56,776 bases of DNA from Candidatus Methylomirabilales bacterium (GTDB lineage: Bacteria > Methylomirabilota > Methylomirabilia > Methylomirabilales > CSP1-5), in contig JBHIAH010000011.1 in NCBI GenBank assembly GCA_046758505.1, positions 1 through 56,776 on the forward strand, in the 5' to 3' direction. Of this stretch, positions 29,962 through 41,600 are shown piece after piece (position 1 is the stretch's first letter; the number at the start of each line of letters is the position of its first letter). A program made the translations under genes and the position numbers. Under the pieces are notes generated by a model. The model had not been told where the DNA came from. It ran no database searches and saw only the letters and a list, made by a program, of their open reading frames with translations.

Positions 29962-31155
29962 ATGAGGAAGCAAAGTCTTGTCTTCTGCATGGCTATGCTT
30001 CTCCTCGGCGGGTGCTCCAACCACGAGGAGACCTCGACGGTTCAGGGTGACCGGGCTGTCGTCAGGGGCGTCACAATCGCAACCATCGGGGTGCAGCCGA
30101 TTGCCGAGGTGATCGAGGCGGTTGGGACGGTGCGGTCTACCATGCGGAGTGTCCTGTCCTCAAAGATCGTGGCTTCAGTTGTCGCTGTCTCCGTGGAGGA
30201 AGGAGATCGAGTGAAAGTCGGCCAGGTACTTGTCGCGCTTGACGACAGAGATGTCGCCGCACAGCTTCACAGGGCTGACGCCGCGCTTCGCGAGGCTTGG
30301 GATGCCCTAGAAGAAAGCGAGCAGAGGATTCAAGCAGCCGAGAAGGCCGTTGAAGCAGCGAAAGCCCAGCAGGAACTGGCCCTCGCTACGTTCAACCGGT
30401 ACAAGGCCCTTCTGGAGCGACGCTCGGTGGCTCCTCAGGAGTACGACGAAGTCGCCGCGAGATATAAAGCCACCGCAGCCGAGGTGGAACGAGCGCAGGC
30501 CGTCAAGGCCTCCCTTCTGGCAAAGAAGCGGCAGGTGTTCGCGAGGATCGAGCAGGCGGAGGCGGAGGTGGCCAATGCCAAGGTCTTTGTCGGCTACGCC
30601 AAGATCAGAGCACCCGTTGATGGCATCATCGTGGCCAAAGCTGTCGAGGTGGGAAACCTCGCCGCGCCCGGTGTTTCCCTGCTCACCGTCGAAGAAGAAC
30701 GGTACCGGCTGGAGGCCGCCGTCGGAGAGTCCGCAATCCGACGGATCGCGGTCGGACAGAAGGCGACCGTGGCGATCGATGCGTTGGGGAAGGAGCTCTC
30801 CGGATCGGTCGTCGAGATCGTCCCGACAGCGGATCCGCTCAGTCGGACCTTCACCGTCAAGATCGACCTCTCCTCCGCGCAAGGTCTCCGGTCGGGGCTG
30901 TACGGAAAGGCCCGATTTATCGTCGGCCAACACAAGGCAATGGTGGTCCCGCGGGAAGCCATCGTAAAGCGGGGACAGCTTCAGGGAGTCTTCGTCCTTG
31001 ATCAGGGAAACATCGCTCACCTCAGGCTGGTAAAGACAGGCAAGGCTTACGGGGACCGGATCGAAATTCTTTCAGGCCTCAGCGAAGGGGAGCGGGTTGT
31101 GGTCGAGGGGATCGGGAAGGTCTCGGATGGGAGTCGCGTGGAGCGGGGGGGATGA
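29962..31155 (+). CDS. RND efflux periplasmic adaptor (membrane fusion protein), lipoprotein
   Basis: LLGGC lipobox, lipoyl half-motifs [13 protein letters not shown] and IRAPVDGI, long coiled coil. Confidence 0.92.
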   Translation: MRKQSLVFCMAMLLLGGCSNHEETSTVQGDRAVVRGVTIATIGVQPIAEVIEAVGTVRSTMRSVLSSKIVASVVAVSVEEGDRVKVGQVLVALDDRDVAAQLHRADAALREAWDALEESEQRIQAAEKAVEAAKAQQELALATFNRYKALLERRSVAPQEYDEVAARYKATAAEVERAQAVKASLLAKKRQVFARIEQAEAEVANAKVFVGYAKIRAPVDGIIVAKAVEVGNLAAPGVSLLTVEEERYRLEAAVGESAIRRIAVGQKATVAIDALGKELSGSVVEIVPTADPLSRTFTVKIDLSSAQGLRSGLYGKARFIVGQHKAMVVPREAIVKRGQLQGVFVLDQGNIAHLRLVKTGKAYGDRIEILSGLSEGERVVVEGIGKVSDGSRVERGG

Positions 31156-34100
31156 AGAGCAATCACCACTTCATGGAAGCAATCGTCCGCGCTTTCATCG
31201 ATTCGAAGCTCACGCCCCTGATCATCCTGGCCACCCTCTTGCTCGGAATCCTTGCCATCGTGGCAACGCCTCGGGAGGAGGAGCCCCAGATCATCGCCCC
31301 CATGATGGATGTCTTCGTCGATATGCCCGGAACCTCGATCAAAGAGGTGGAGGAACGGGTTACCATCCCCATGGAAAAGAAACTCACTGAGATCCCCGGC
31401 GTCCGATACGTCTACTCCACCTCGATGCCCGGCCTCAGCATGGCCATTGTTCGCTTTTACGTGGGCCAGGACGAGGAGGACTCCATCGTCAAGCTCTACA
31501 ACAAGCTCTACTCCAACTTCGACCTGATCCCTGCGGGGGCTTCCCAGCCACTCATAAAGCCGCGCTCCATCGATGATGTGCCGATCCTCGCCTTGACCTT
31601 CTGGAGCGACCGCTACGACCACTATCAGCTTCGGCGGATCGTGGCCCAGCTCGATGATCAGATCAAGGACATCCGGGACGTCTCGGAAACGACGCTCATC
31701 GGTGGGCAGCGCCGCCAGCTCAAAATCACCTTGGACCCGACCCGGATGGCCGCCTCTCACGTTGATCCCGTCGGCTTGATCGCCTCCGTCGAGCGGGCGA
31801 ACCGGGAGCTTCCGGCCGGGAGCTTTTCCAGGGGGAACACCGAGTACCTGGTGAAGGTCGGAGAGTTCCTGGAAACCCCTGACGAGGTCGGGCGCTTGGT
31901 TGTGGGATCCTGGAGTGACAGGCCGGTCTACCTCAGGGACGTGGCCACGATCGAGGACGGCCCCGCGGAAGCGAAGGACTACGTCCTTTTCGCCCCCGGC
32001 CCCGCTGCTTCGAGGAAGAGCATTGAGGCGCCGAAGCATCCCTATCCGGCCGTCACCATCTCTGTGGCCAAACGCAAGGGGACCAACGCCGTCGTGGTGG
32101 CCGAGCGGGTCCTCGAGAAGGTCAATGAACTGAAAGGAACGCTCATCCCTGCTGACGCACACATGACGGTGACCAGAAACTACGGCGAGACGGCTCAGGA
32201 AAAATCGAACGAGCTGCTGGAGCATCTCTTGATCGCCATTGTTTCGGTGACAATCCTCATTGCCTTCTTTTTGGGCCTGCGGGCCGCAGTCGTGGTTCTC
32301 ATCGCCGTTCCCAGTACCTTGGCCCTGACCCTCTTCATCTATTATCTTTACGGCTACACGTTAAACCGGGTAACCCTCTTCGCCTTGATCTTCTCCATTG
32401 GAATACTGGTGGACGACCCCATCGTCGACGTCGAGAACATCGTCCGGCACTACCACCTACCGGAGAACCGGGGTCGGTCAATCCTGGAGATCACCGTCGA
32501 GGCGGTCAACGAGGTACGCAGCCCGTTGATCCTGGCCACCCTTGCCGTCGTCTTCGCCATCCTTCCCATGGCCCTCGTGAGGGGACTGATGGGTCCCTAC
32601 ATGCGCCCTATTCCCGTCGGAGCCTCAACGGCAATGCTCTTCTCCATGGCGGTGGCCTTCGTGGTAACCCCCTGGGCCGCGTACCGGTTGCTCCGAGGGA
32701 GAGCCGAGCCGCATCATCAAAGTAGGGACCGCGTGGCCCGGTGGCTCCTTCGGATCTGTCCCTGGTGCGGGCGACAGGCTGACGGGGAGGGGGAAGAGGG
32801 TTGGACGACGCGCACGTACCGCCGCATCATGACCCCGTTGATCCTGAACGGTGGGAAACGGATGCTTTTCTTGGGCGGCGTCGGCCTCCTCCTGGTGGGA
32901 GCTGTGTTCCTGCTCCCCACAAAGGCCGTCAGGGTCAAGATGCTCCCCTTCGACAACAAATCGGAGTTCCAAGTGATCATCGACATGCCGGAGGGGACAA
33001 CGCTGGAGGAGACGGCCCGGGTCACGAGGGAGATCGGCGACTATCTGGGCACGGTCCCCGAGGTGACCGACTACGAGTTCTATGTGGGCACCGCCTCCCC
33101 GTACAACTTCAATGGTCTCGTCCGCCATTACTTCCTCCGCAAGGGTCCCAACGTCGCCGATATCCAAGTGAACTTGCTGTCGAAGGGGGAAAGGCGGGCC
33201 CAGAGCCACGATATTGCCAAGCGGGTGAGACCAAAGGTCCAGAAGATCGCCGGGACGTACGGCGCCCGCGTGAAAATCGCCGAGGTCCCGCCTGGACCGC
33301 CGGTCCTCCAGACCTTGGTTGCAGAGGTCTACGGGCCCTCACAGGATCGCCAGATCGAGCTCGCCAGGCAGATCCGACGCCTCTTCGAATCGACGCCTGG
33401 CGTGGTCGACGTCGACTGGTACGTGGAAGCGCCCCAGTCAAAGTATCGCTTCATCGTCGATCGCGAGAAGGCCGCGCTCAACGGGATCCCGACAGAGCGA
33501 ATCGCCCAGACGGTGAAAATCGCCTTGGGCGGAACCGCCGCGGGGCTCCTCCATCTCCCCAGAGAGAAAGAGGACGTCCCGCTCTTCGTGCAGCTCCCCA
33601 GGGCGAAACGCTCAAGCGTGGAGGACCTCAAAACCCTCAAGGTGGTCTCGCCTCGCGGGGACCTCGTACCGCTTTCCGAGCTGGTCCAGGTGCAGGCCAC
33701 ATCCGAGTCTCCTTTCATCTATCGGAAGAATTTGAAGCGCGTGGTCTACGTCACCGGCGACGTGGCTGGGGAGGAGGAGAGTCCCGTTTACGCGATCCTC
33801 AAACTCGACCGAGCGATTGAAGGACTTGGCACCCCGGAGGGTGATCGCGTCCCGGTCTATACGACCAGGCAGCCGTTCTTGACGGAGCAGCTCAGCATGA
33901 AGTGGGATGGTGAGTGGCAGATTACCTACGAGGTCTTCCGGGACCTGGGGTTGGCCTTCGCGGCAGTAATGGTCTTGATCTATGTGCTGGTGGTCGGTTG
34001 GTTCCACTCCTTCAGGACCCCTCTGGTCATCCTCGCCCCCATCCCGTTAAGTCTGGTCGGCATCCTGCCGGCCCACTGGCTGATGGGGGCTTTCTTCACG

Positions 34101-34448
34101 GCGACCTCGATGATTGGCTTCATCGCGGGGGCGGGAATCGTCGTCCGCAACTCTATCATTCTGGTGGATTTCGTGGAGCTGCGACGGCGACAGGGGATGC
34201 CCTTGGCGGAGGCGGTGGTCGATGCCGGAGCGGTGCGCTTCCGCCCGATGCTTCTTACCTCCTCAGCCGTCGTGGTGGGGTCAGCTGTCATCCTTCTCGA
34301 CCCCATCTTCCAGGGCCTCGCTATCTCGTTGATGGCGGGTGAGGTGGCCTCGACCTTGCTGACCCGGATGACGGTCCCTATCCTCTACTACTTGGGCGAG
34401 CGGGTCCGCGAGAAAAAGCTCGCTGCTGCCCGGGAAATCGTGCAGTAA
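31152..34448 (+). CDS. RND efflux permease (AcrB/CusA superfamily)
   Basis: 1098 aa; [42 protein letters not shown]. Confidence 0.95.
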   Translation: MKSNHHFMEAIVRAFIDSKLTPLIILATLLLGILAIVATPREEEPQIIAPMMDVFVDMPGTSIKEVEERVTIPMEKKLTEIPGVRYVYSTSMPGLSMAIVRFYVGQDEEDSIVKLYNKLYSNFDLIPAGASQPLIKPRSIDDVPILALTFWSDRYDHYQLRRIVAQLDDQIKDIRDVSETTLIGGQRRQLKITLDPTRMAASHVDPVGLIASVERANRELPAGSFSRGNTEYLVKVGEFLETPDEVGRLVVGSWSDRPVYLRDVATIEDGPAEAKDYVLFAPGPAASRKSIEAPKHPYPAVTISVAKRKGTNAVVVAERVLEKVNELKGTLIPADAHMTVTRNYGETAQEKSNELLEHLLIAIVSVTILIAFFLGLRAAVVVLIAVPSTLALTLFIYYLYGYTLNRVTLFALIFSIGILVDDPIVDVENIVRHYHLPENRGRSILEITVEAVNEVRSPLILATLAVVFAILPMALVRGLMGPYMRPIPVGASTAMLFSMAVAFVVTPWAAYRLLRGRAEPHHQSRDRVARWLLRICPWCGRQADGEGEEGWTTRTYRRIMTPLILNGGKRMLFLGGVGLLLVGAVFLLPTKAVRVKMLPFDNKSEFQVIIDMPEGTTLEETARVTREIGDYLGTVPEVTDYEFYVGTASPYNFNGLVRHYFLRKGPNVADIQVNLLSKGERRAQSHDIAKRVRPKVQKIAGTYGARVKIAEVPPGPPVLQTLVAEVYGPSQDRQIELARQIRRLFESTPGVVDVDWYVEAPQSKYRFIVDREKAALNGIPTERIAQTVKIALGGTAAGLLHLPREKEDVPLFVQLPRAKRSSVEDLKTLKVVSPRGDLVPLSELVQVQATSESPFIYRKNLKRVVYVTGDVAGEEESPVYAILKLDRAIEGLGTPEGDRVPVYTTRQPFLTEQLSMKWDGEWQITYEVFRDLGLAFAAVMVLIYVLVVGWFHSFRTPLVILAPIPLSLVGILPAHWLMGAFFTATSMIGFIAGAGIVVRNSIILVDFVELRRRQGMPLAEAVVDAGAVRFRPMLLTSSAVVVGSAVILLDPIFQGLAISLMAGEVASTLLTRMTVPILYYLGERVREKKLAAAREIVQ

Positions 34449-34515
34449 TGCCTCAGACACCCCTCCCCCGGCGGACCCCCCTCCCTTGCCCCGGGAAGGC
34501 TGAAACCATCTGAAA

Positions 34516-35211
34516 ATGGAGAAGACCATGCGACCTTCGAGCTTCAACTTTTTGCCCCTCGCCCTCCCCTTCATCGTCGCCTTCGTCTTCCTCGCCGGTC
34601 TCGTGATCGCCCTGATCGAGATAGGCATCCTCCAGTACGCTTACGAGAAGATCGGTATCCACCCCCGGTACGTGTTCACACTGCTCCTCCTCTCCCTCGT
34701 GGGGAGCTACATCAACATCCCGGTTGCCGACCTCCCTGCCGAGCGGGTACTCTCAAACCAGGTCATCTCTTTCTTCGGGATGCAGTACGTAATCCCCCTG
34801 GTCCAGGAGTGGCCGCGGACGGTCATCGCCGTCAACCTTGGAGGGGCGGTGATCCCCACCGTCCTCTCGCTCTACCTCGTCGGGAAGAACGGGCTGTACG
34901 GCCGCAGCCTCCTCGCGGTGGCCATCGTGGCCGCTGTCGTCCACTGGATGGCCTATCCCGTCAAGGGAGTCGGGATCGCCGTGCCGACCTTTATCCCCCC
35001 CGTGGTGGCGGCCGGGGTCGCCCTGGCGCTGACCCGTTCCTCCGCCCCGGCACTGGCCTACGTCGCCGGGAGCCTCGGAACGTTGATCGGAGCAGATCTT
35101 TTGAACCTCGGCAAGCTCCAGGGCCTCGGCGCCCCCATCGCCTCCATCGGGGGCGCCGGCACCTTTGACGGGATCTTCCTGACGGGGATCCTGGCCGTCC
35201 TGCTGGCGTAA
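34516..35211 (+). CDS. DUF1614 family membrane protein
   Basis: GSYINIP, IAVNLGGAVIP, AYVAGSLGTLIGADLLN, SIGGAGTFDGIFLTG. Confidence 0.85.
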   Translation: MEKTMRPSSFNFLPLALPFIVAFVFLAGLVIALIEIGILQYAYEKIGIHPRYVFTLLLLSLVGSYINIPVADLPAERVLSNQVISFFGMQYVIPLVQEWPRTVIAVNLGGAVIPTVLSLYLVGKNGLYGRSLLAVAIVAAVVHWMAYPVKGVGIAVPTFIPPVVAAGVALALTRSSAPALAYVAGSLGTLIGADLLNLGKLQGLGAPIASIGGAGTFDGIFLTGILAVLLA

Positions 35212-35565
35212 GGACCGTGAGGATGCGGGGGGAGGTGATTCGAGCCGCTCAGGCGGGCTGCTCTTGATCTCATCGCGGAGCACCGGAGCGCAACTCCGCC
35301 GGGGCAGATACCCAGCAGCCCCGGAAGGAGAAGAGAACCCGCCGGCAGGGGGCCGGCCGCCGCTCAGTACGTCGCCCACACGCGTGGCGCCGGCTCGGGC
35401 CGTATCTTGCCTCACCCTCGGAACGAACGCCGGGCGAAGCCGGGGCAGACGGGTGGCGCGTTTGAAATGACGGCACCTCGGGAACCCCTCAGGGCGCCGC
35501 CAGCATCCCCCAGCGCCCTTCCCGACCATCTCCGACTGTGATACAGTGGCGCCCGGAGGAGCGAC

Positions 35566-36354
35566 ATGATGCGGAGTGGACCCTTTGAGGCAGGTGAGAA
35601 GGTCCTCTTGATCGACCCGAAGGGACGCAAGTACCTGCGCACACTTCGGAGTCACGATAAGTTCTCGACTCATCTGGGGACCATCCCCCACAGCGAAATC
35701 ATCGGCCGCGAGGAGGGGGCTGTTGTGCGCGCGTCCGGAGGCGCCGCCTTTGTCGCCTTTCGCCCGACCTTTGCCGAGTATGTCCTCAAGATGAAGCGGG
35801 GGGCCCAGGTCCTCTACCCCAAAGACATTGCCACGGTCCTGATCTGGGGAGATATCTCTCCCGGCGCCACCGTGATTGAGGGGGGCGGGGGCTCGGGGGC
35901 CCTGACCATCGCCTTGCTTCAGGCGGTCGGCGAGAAGGGACAGGTCGTCACGTATGAGGTTCGAGAAGATTTCCTGCGGCAGGCCAGGACCAACGTCGAG
36001 GCGTTCCTGGGAAAGGTCCCCCATTGGGAATCGAAGCTGAAGGATATCTACGACGGGATCGAGGAGGCGTCGGTGGATCGCGTCGTGCTAGACCTGCCGG
36101 AAGGCTGGCGGGCGGTCACGCACGCGGCCCAGGCACTCAAGCCCGGGGGGCTTCTCCTCGCCTTCTTCCCGACGGTCCCGCAGCTCCAAGCCATGGCCGC
36201 CGCCATCGACGATGAGCCCCGCCTCGTGCTTCAGGAGGTCTTCGAGACGGTCCACCGCCCCTGGCGGGTCCAGGGGCTGAGCGTCCGCCCCGCACTCCGG
36301 ATGGTCGCCCACACCGGCTTCTTCATGGTGGCCCGCCGCCTGAGCGCGCGGTGA
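35566..36354 (+). CDS. trmI: tRNA (adenine-58-N1)-methyltransferase
   Basis: MKRGAQVLYPKD, EGGGGSGAL, YEVREDF, LDLPEGW, VRP...MVAHTGF. Confidence 0.9.
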   Translation: MMRSGPFEAGEKVLLIDPKGRKYLRTLRSHDKFSTHLGTIPHSEIIGREEGAVVRASGGAAFVAFRPTFAEYVLKMKRGAQVLYPKDIATVLIWGDISPGATVIEGGGGSGALTIALLQAVGEKGQVVTYEVREDFLRQARTNVEAFLGKVPHWESKLKDIYDGIEEASVDRVVLDLPEGWRAVTHAAQALKPGGLLLAFFPTVPQLQAMAAAIDDEPRLVLQEVFETVHRPWRVQGLSVRPALRMVAHTGFFMVARRLSAR

Positions 36355-36383
36355 CCGCCCCATCCGTCTGCTCGCCCTCTCCG

Positions 36384-36447
36384 CTCTCAGCTCTCTTTGT
36401 CCAGGATCTCCACATGGCACGGCGCGGCCTGCTGGAAGGCCTCGGCG
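36384..36447. repeat. 64-bp direct repeat, copy 1 (duplicate of the 3' end of the MBL-fold gene)
   Basis: CTCTCAGCTCTCTTTGTCCAGG...GAAGGCCTCGGCG is identical to 37274-37337. Confidence 0.95.
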
Positions 36448-36453
36448 CGAGTC

Positions 36454-36879
36454 TCATTCAGTCGTGGACACGCTTCGGACGCGCGGCTCCCGGCCGCCCA
36501 GAGCGGCCAGGAGTCGCCGATCCGCGGTCCAAAAATCACAGTCCAGGATCTCTGCCAGGGCGAGATACACCACGTCGTACGTCGTCGGCCGCTGATACTT
36601 CTGTGCCAGGACCCAGGCCAGATCCCACAGCCCTTCTTCATGTTGAATCTGGATGCCAAGACCATGCACCACGGCCCATGCGGCCCTATCCTCTCCTGGG
36701 CCCAGGACGCCGCGAGCCACCTTCTGTCGGAGAACCGAATGGACTTCAAAGGGGAACAACCACGGGGCACAAATGGTTTCTCGTTGATCTACCCATTGAT
36801 CCCATAACTCGCGGACATGGGGTCGGTCAGGCTCAGGGAGGACCAGTTTCAGTACCAGGGAGGCATCGAGGCAAATCAT
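36454..36879 (-). CDS. vapC: VapC-family PIN-domain toxin
   Basis: ICLDAS, E, YD..YLALA and FWTADRRL PIN motifs. Confidence 0.9.
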   Translation of the reverse strand: MICLDASLVLKLVLPEPDRPHVRELWDQWVDQRETICAPWLFPFEVHSVLRQKVARGVLGPGEDRAAWAVVHGLGIQIQHEEGLWDLAWVLAQKYQRPTTYDVVYLALAEILDCDFWTADRRLLAALGGREPRVRSVSTTE

Positions 36880-37172
36880 TCGGTCAGGTCTCGTATCCGC
36901 TCTTCGCGAATCTGCCCAAGGACATCGGCCGCCGACTCCTCAGGCTGGGTGCGGCGCTTCTCGATCAGTCCAGCAAGCTCATCGGCCAGACCCAGCGCGC
37001 GGATCCTTGACGCTTTCGAAGCTTCCTCGAGCTCTTCCAGGTCCTTCACACTAATCAAGACCGCCTTAGGCTTACCACGAGACAAGATCAGCACCCGTTC
37101 CCCCGTGTATGCGACCTCATTCAGGAGGACGGACAACCCCGCTTTCGCCTCAGCTACCGACACCTTCTTCAC
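36876..37172 (-). CDS. Phd/YefM family antitoxin
   Basis: VSVAEAKAGLS.LL..V...GERVLI..RGKPKAVL; ATGA overlap with the toxin; GTG start with AAGGGG RBS. Confidence 0.9.
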   Translation of the reverse strand: MKKVSVAEAKAGLSVLLNEVAYTGERVLILSRGKPKAVLISVKDLEELEEASKASRIRALGLADELAGLIEKRRTQPEESAADVLGQIREERIRDLTE

Positions 37173-37215
37173 GAAGAGCCCCCTTGTAATAGACATTTAG
37201 ACTATCTTGGTACAC

Positions 37216-37244
37216 ATTATGGTCAAATAGTCCCGCAAAGTCAA
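37216..37244 (-). promoter_or_regulatory. sigma70 promoter of the TA operon
   Basis: TTGACT-17 nt-CATAAT on the minus strand. Confidence 0.65.
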
Positions 37245-37273
37245 TAGCTACACTGTTATCGCTCGACCCTCGA

Positions 37274-37337
37274 CTCTCAGCTCTCTTTGTCCAGGATCTC
37301 CACATGGCACGGCGCGGCCTGCTGGAAGGCCTCGGCG
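37274..37337. repeat. 64-bp direct repeat, copy 2
   Basis: Identical to 36384-36447; includes the stop codon of the MBL gene. Confidence 0.95.
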
Positions 37338-37933
37338 TCCCCCCGCGACCCGACGATGGCCCCAAAGTGCATCGGGATGGCGATCATGGGCTGAATCACC
37401 TTGGCCGCCTCCACCGCTTCCTGGGCGGTCATAACGTAGGTCCCGCTCACGGGCAGCAGGGCTAGATCCACCCCTTTCGCCGTGGCCATCTCCGGGATCG
37501 GGTCAGAGTCCCCCACATGGTAGATCCGCTTCCCCCCGATGGTCACGACATACCCCACCCCCGTCCCCTTGGGATGAAAGGGATTGCCAGGGGAGCGGAA
37601 CTTGTTGACATTATACGCGGGGACCGCCTCGACCTCGATGTCGCCCGCCCGCGTCTTCTGTCCGGCCTGCACACTCCGCACTTCTTTCACGGGGAGCCCC
37701 TTCAGCTTTTCCTGGCACGGCGGTGGGGCCACGACGATACTTTCCGGGCCGATGACTTTCTTCAGATCCGTCTCGCTCAAGTGATCAAAATGGTCGTGCG
37801 TGATCAGGACCAGGTCCGCCTTGGGCGGCGAACCGGACAGCTGGTAGGGATCAATATAAATCACGGTCCCCTTGGTGATTCGAAAGCTATCGTGCCCTAA
37901 CCAGCTAATTTCGATCCCCTCATAATTCAACAT
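37277..37933 (-). CDS. MBL-fold metallo-hydrolase (UPF0173-like)
   Basis: WLGHDSF, THDHFDH, YHVGD, IPMHFG. Confidence 0.9.
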   Translation of the reverse strand: MLNYEGIEISWLGHDSFRITKGTVIYIDPYQLSGSPPKADLVLITHDHFDHLSETDLKKVIGPESIVVAPPPCQEKLKGLPVKEVRSVQAGQKTRAGDIEVEAVPAYNVNKFRSPGNPFHPKGTGVGYVVTIGGKRIYHVGDSDPIPEMATAKGVDLALLPVSGTYVMTAQEAVEAAKVIQPMIAIPMHFGAIVGSRGDAEAFQQAAPCHVEILDKES

Positions 37934-37949
37934 CCTCGGTCCTCCTCTC

Positions 37950-37985
37950 TGGACTCTCAACTCTCAACTCTCAACCCTCAGCCCT
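37950..37985. repeat. heptamer tandem repeat (CTCTCAA)n
   Basis: ACTCTCA ACTCTCA ACTCTCA ACCCTCA between glnE and the MBL gene. Confidence 0.7.
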
Positions 37986-40900
37986 TAGCTCTCTGCCCGC
38001 CCGAACACCTTCTCGTAAATCGCGTGGACCCTAGAGGTGTGGGCCGTGAAATCTTGCAGAAAGCGATCGCCGGGCGGGACATCCCCCTCCCGGGCATATC
38101 CCAAACGCCGCGCCAGCTTCTCTAGCTTAGCGGGGACCCTCGGGACGGTATTGACCGAGAGATCGGCCACGATCCGGAGCCGGTTTTCAACCATGCGCAG
38201 AAACTGGTATGACTCGCGCAAGACCTGATACTCCCGGGCCGCCAGCACCTGCTCCTGGTGGAGGGCATCCAAGGCCCGCACGGTGTTCGGCTCTCGGAGG
38301 GCCGGTCGATCCTTGCCGTGCAGGAGCTGCAGATACTGCGCGATGAACTCCACCTCGACGATGCCGCCCGAGCCGAGCTTCAGGTGCAGATCCGCCCCTC
38401 GCTTCACCCGCTCGTCCTCCATCCGGTGGCGCATGGCATCGATCCGCTGTGCCAAATCGTCGGGAAGGGGCGTCTCATAGACAAAGGTTTGTACCAGGCC
38501 GGAGACCCGGCGCCCCACCTCCTCGTCTCCCGCCACCACCCTGGCCTTAATGTACGCCTGTCGTTCCCAGACCTCGGCCCACCGCTCGAAATGGTCCTGG
38601 AACGCCGCAACCGGTTGCGCGAGAGGTCCCTTGCTCCCCCCGGGCCGGAGCCGGCTGTCCACCCGGTACGCCGAACCCTCTCGGGTAATCACGGTCAGAT
38701 TCTTGGTGATGCGATCCGCCAGCTTGCTGAAGAACTCTACGGGGGTCACCGGCTGCGCGGCCCCCCCGCCGACCTGGGCCTCTGTAACAAAGGCCACGTC
38801 CAGGTCGGAGCTGTAATTCATCTCAGCCCCCCCCAGCTTTCCCAACCCGAGAACGGTAAACCCTTTTTCCTCCGCCACACTGTACCGCGGCCCCAGCTCT
38901 TCCCACGCCAGCTCAAGGGCCCCCGTCAAACACACCTCCGCCAACCGCGTGAGCTCCGCCTGCGTGTCGGTGAGATCCGTCTCGCCCAGGACGTCCCGGG
39001 TCCCGATGCGGAGTTCCTCGATTTTCTTGAACCGGCGCAAGACATCCAATTTTCCGCTCCCCGCCGGCGACGCCCGCAAGACCTCCCGAAGCTCCCGGAG
39101 CATCCCTTCACGGGATTTGCGGTCACTCAGTCCGGCCGGGTCCAGAAGGATTTCGATAAGCTCTGGATGCTGGGTCAACGTACGGGCCAGGAAGTCACTC
39201 ACGCCGAAGAGCCGGAAGAGGAGGCCTAACGCCTCGGGCTTCTCTGCCAGGATGGAAAGAAACACCCCCTGGGCTCCCACCGCTGCCACCTGCCGTTCGA
39301 AATGGTTGAGGGCCATATCGGGATCCGGAGCCTCCCGGAGGGCCTTCATGAGATGGGGCGCCACGTGGGCCAGCGCCCACCGTCCCGCCTTGCTGTAATG
39401 GGCAAATGGGGGGCCGTCCCGCAGGAGCTGGAAATTCCGATAGGCCCGTTCGACATCCTCAAAGCCGATCTCCTCCAGGCGCTTGCGAATTTCACGCGCC
39501 GGTGCAGCCCCCTCGAAGAAGAGGACGATCTCATCCTGTTCGGCTGCCGCCGCCGCCTCGCCTTCGCTGAAAAAGGCATCGTAGACCCGTCGAACCGCGT
39601 GGGTGTGCGTTCGATAGTCGCTCAGAAAGTCCTCTACCGGGTCGGTGGAGATCCGGCTCTGATACCCCGACCGCCGGGCCAGGTGCAAGAGCTGGCGCCG
39701 GGCCTCGGGCAGGGTGTGGGTCTGGAGGTTGTGGAGAATCTGAAGCCGGTGTTCGACCGTTCGGAGAAAGATATACGCCCGCACCAGGGCCGCGCAATCC
39801 TCATCGGCGAGATAGTGTCGCTCCGCCAGCCGGTACAGCGCCTTGAGGGTGTTGGCCTCCCGGATCCAGGGGTCTCGCCCTCCGTGGAGGAGTTGAAAGG
39901 CCTGCACGATGAATTCGATCTCCCGGATACCGCCGAAGCCCCGCTTCACATCCCGGTAGAGCTTCCGGTCCTGCCGGAGGCTCTGTTCAATCCGCTCCTT
40001 CATGGCTCGGACTTCCTGGACTGCTGTCTGGTCCATGTACTTCCGATAGATGAAGGGGCGAATCATCTGGAGAAACCTCCGGCCGAGGGCCTCGTCTCCC
40101 GCCACAGGACGGGCCTTGATCAGCGCCTGCCGCTCCCAGGTCTGCCCCCACGATTCGTAATAGATCTCGTAGCTGCGCAGGGAGAGACACAGATCCCCCT
40201 GGCGCCCGCCGGGCCGGAGCCGAGTGTCCACGCGAAAGACGGAGCCGTCACCCGTGACGCTCCCGATGGCTTTCACGATCATCTCGGCCAGCTTGGCGAA
40301 GTACTGATGGTTGGAGGTCCGCGCCTCCCGAAGTGTCGTCGGGCCCGGCACTCCCGTCGCCTCTCCCTCGGCCTCGTACACGAAAAGGATGTCGATGTCC
40401 GAGCTGTAGTTGAGCTCCTCCCCCCCGAGCTTCCCCATCCCGACGATGGAGAAGCCGCACTCCCGCGCTTCCCCGGCGGGCCCCAGAACCTGGGGCGTCC
40501 CGAACCGTCGCTTGAGTTCGGCATGCGAGATCTCGTACGCCTTCTGAAGCGTCACCTCTGCCAGCCAGGACAGTTCCTGGGTGATCCCGGGGAGATCTTG
40601 GTTTCCCAGCAGGTCCTGGAGGCCGATCCGGAGGATCTCCCGCACCTTGAACCGGCGGAGGGCCTCCCACTTTCGCTCCACGCTCGCCAGCCGATCGGTC
40701 GTCACCGCGAGCTCGCGGGCGAGATCGGCCCTCTGCATGGGCAACCGGAGCACCCCCGGCTCGAGGAGCCACTCGAACAGCTGGGGGTATCGGATCAGCA
40801 CGTCGGAGAGGTACTGGGAATTCCCAAAGACGGTCAACAGCAGGTCGAGACTTTTGCGACGCTCCCGGAGGAGGGCGAGGAGAAAACCCCGGTCGATCAC

Positions 40901-41134
40901 AACCCTGGAGAAGCGCTCGAGGTTGTTCAGCGCCATGTCGGGGTCTGGGATATTCGCCAGGGTCTCCAGGAGGGGAGGAAGGAACTGGACGACTTCCCGG
41001 CGGTGCAGGGGAGGTTGGCCCAGGGCCTCGAGGTTTTTCGCAGCCCTGGTCAGATCGGTACAGCCGATCTGGCTCAGGCGTTCAGGAAGGTCGGGAAAAT
41101 CAGCGAGGAGGGAGTTCGGAGGCGAGGCGGCCAT
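37985..41134 (-). CDS. glnE: bifunctional glutamine synthetase adenylyltransferase/deadenylase
   Basis: Two nucleotidyltransferase domains (MGKLGGEELNYSSDID; LGKLGGAEMNYSSDLD), each with RVD.RLRP and WERQA. Confidence 0.95.
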   Translation of the reverse strand: MAASPPNSLLADFPDLPERLSQIGCTDLTRAAKNLEALGQPPLHRREVVQFLPPLLETLANIPDPDMALNNLERFSRVVIDRGFLLALLRERRKSLDLLLTVFGNSQYLSDVLIRYPQLFEWLLEPGVLRLPMQRADLARELAVTTDRLASVERKWEALRRFKVREILRIGLQDLLGNQDLPGITQELSWLAEVTLQKAYEISHAELKRRFGTPQVLGPAGEARECGFSIVGMGKLGGEELNYSSDIDILFVYEAEGEATGVPGPTTLREARTSNHQYFAKLAEMIVKAIGSVTGDGSVFRVDTRLRPGGRQGDLCLSLRSYEIYYESWGQTWERQALIKARPVAGDEALGRRFLQMIRPFIYRKYMDQTAVQEVRAMKERIEQSLRQDRKLYRDVKRGFGGIREIEFIVQAFQLLHGGRDPWIREANTLKALYRLAERHYLADEDCAALVRAYIFLRTVEHRLQILHNLQTHTLPEARRQLLHLARRSGYQSRISTDPVEDFLSDYRTHTHAVRRVYDAFFSEGEAAAAAEQDEIVLFFEGAAPAREIRKRLEEIGFEDVERAYRNFQLLRDGPPFAHYSKAGRWALAHVAPHLMKALREAPDPDMALNHFERQVAAVGAQGVFLSILAEKPEALGLLFRLFGVSDFLARTLTQHPELIEILLDPAGLSDRKSREGMLRELREVLRASPAGSGKLDVLRRFKKIEELRIGTRDVLGETDLTDTQAELTRLAEVCLTGALELAWEELGPRYSVAEEKGFTVLGLGKLGGAEMNYSSDLDVAFVTEAQVGGGAAQPVTPVEFFSKLADRITKNLTVITREGSAYRVDSRLRPGGSKGPLAQPVAAFQDHFERWAEVWERQAYIKARVVAGDEEVGRRVSGLVQTFVYETPLPDDLAQRIDAMRHRMEDERVKRGADLHLKLGSGGIVEVEFIAQYLQLLHGKDRPALREPNTVRALDALHQEQVLAAREYQVLRESYQFLRMVENRLRIVADLSVNTVPRVPAKLEKLARRLGYAREGDVPPGDRFLQDFTAHTSRVHAIYEKVFGRAES

Positions 41135-41138
41135 GCCC

Positions 41139-41504
<366 letters not shown>

Positions 41505-41550
41505 CTATGCGTAACACACTTGAGGCCCAATGTAAAGGAATCGGTTGGAT

Positions 41551-41565
41551 TGGCACGATCCTTGC
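41551..41565 (+). promoter_or_regulatory. sigma54 promoter
   Basis: TGGCAC-GATCC-TTGC, 35 nt before the PilZ gene start. Confidence 0.7.
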
Positions 41566-41600
41566 CCTATACGGGGGGCAAATCATGCCGGAGGGACCGC

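Noticed and set aside
36387..36770. 127-aa ORF sharing its C-terminus with the MBL hydrolase
   Set aside because: Alternative frame of vapC running into the 64-bp duplicated segment.
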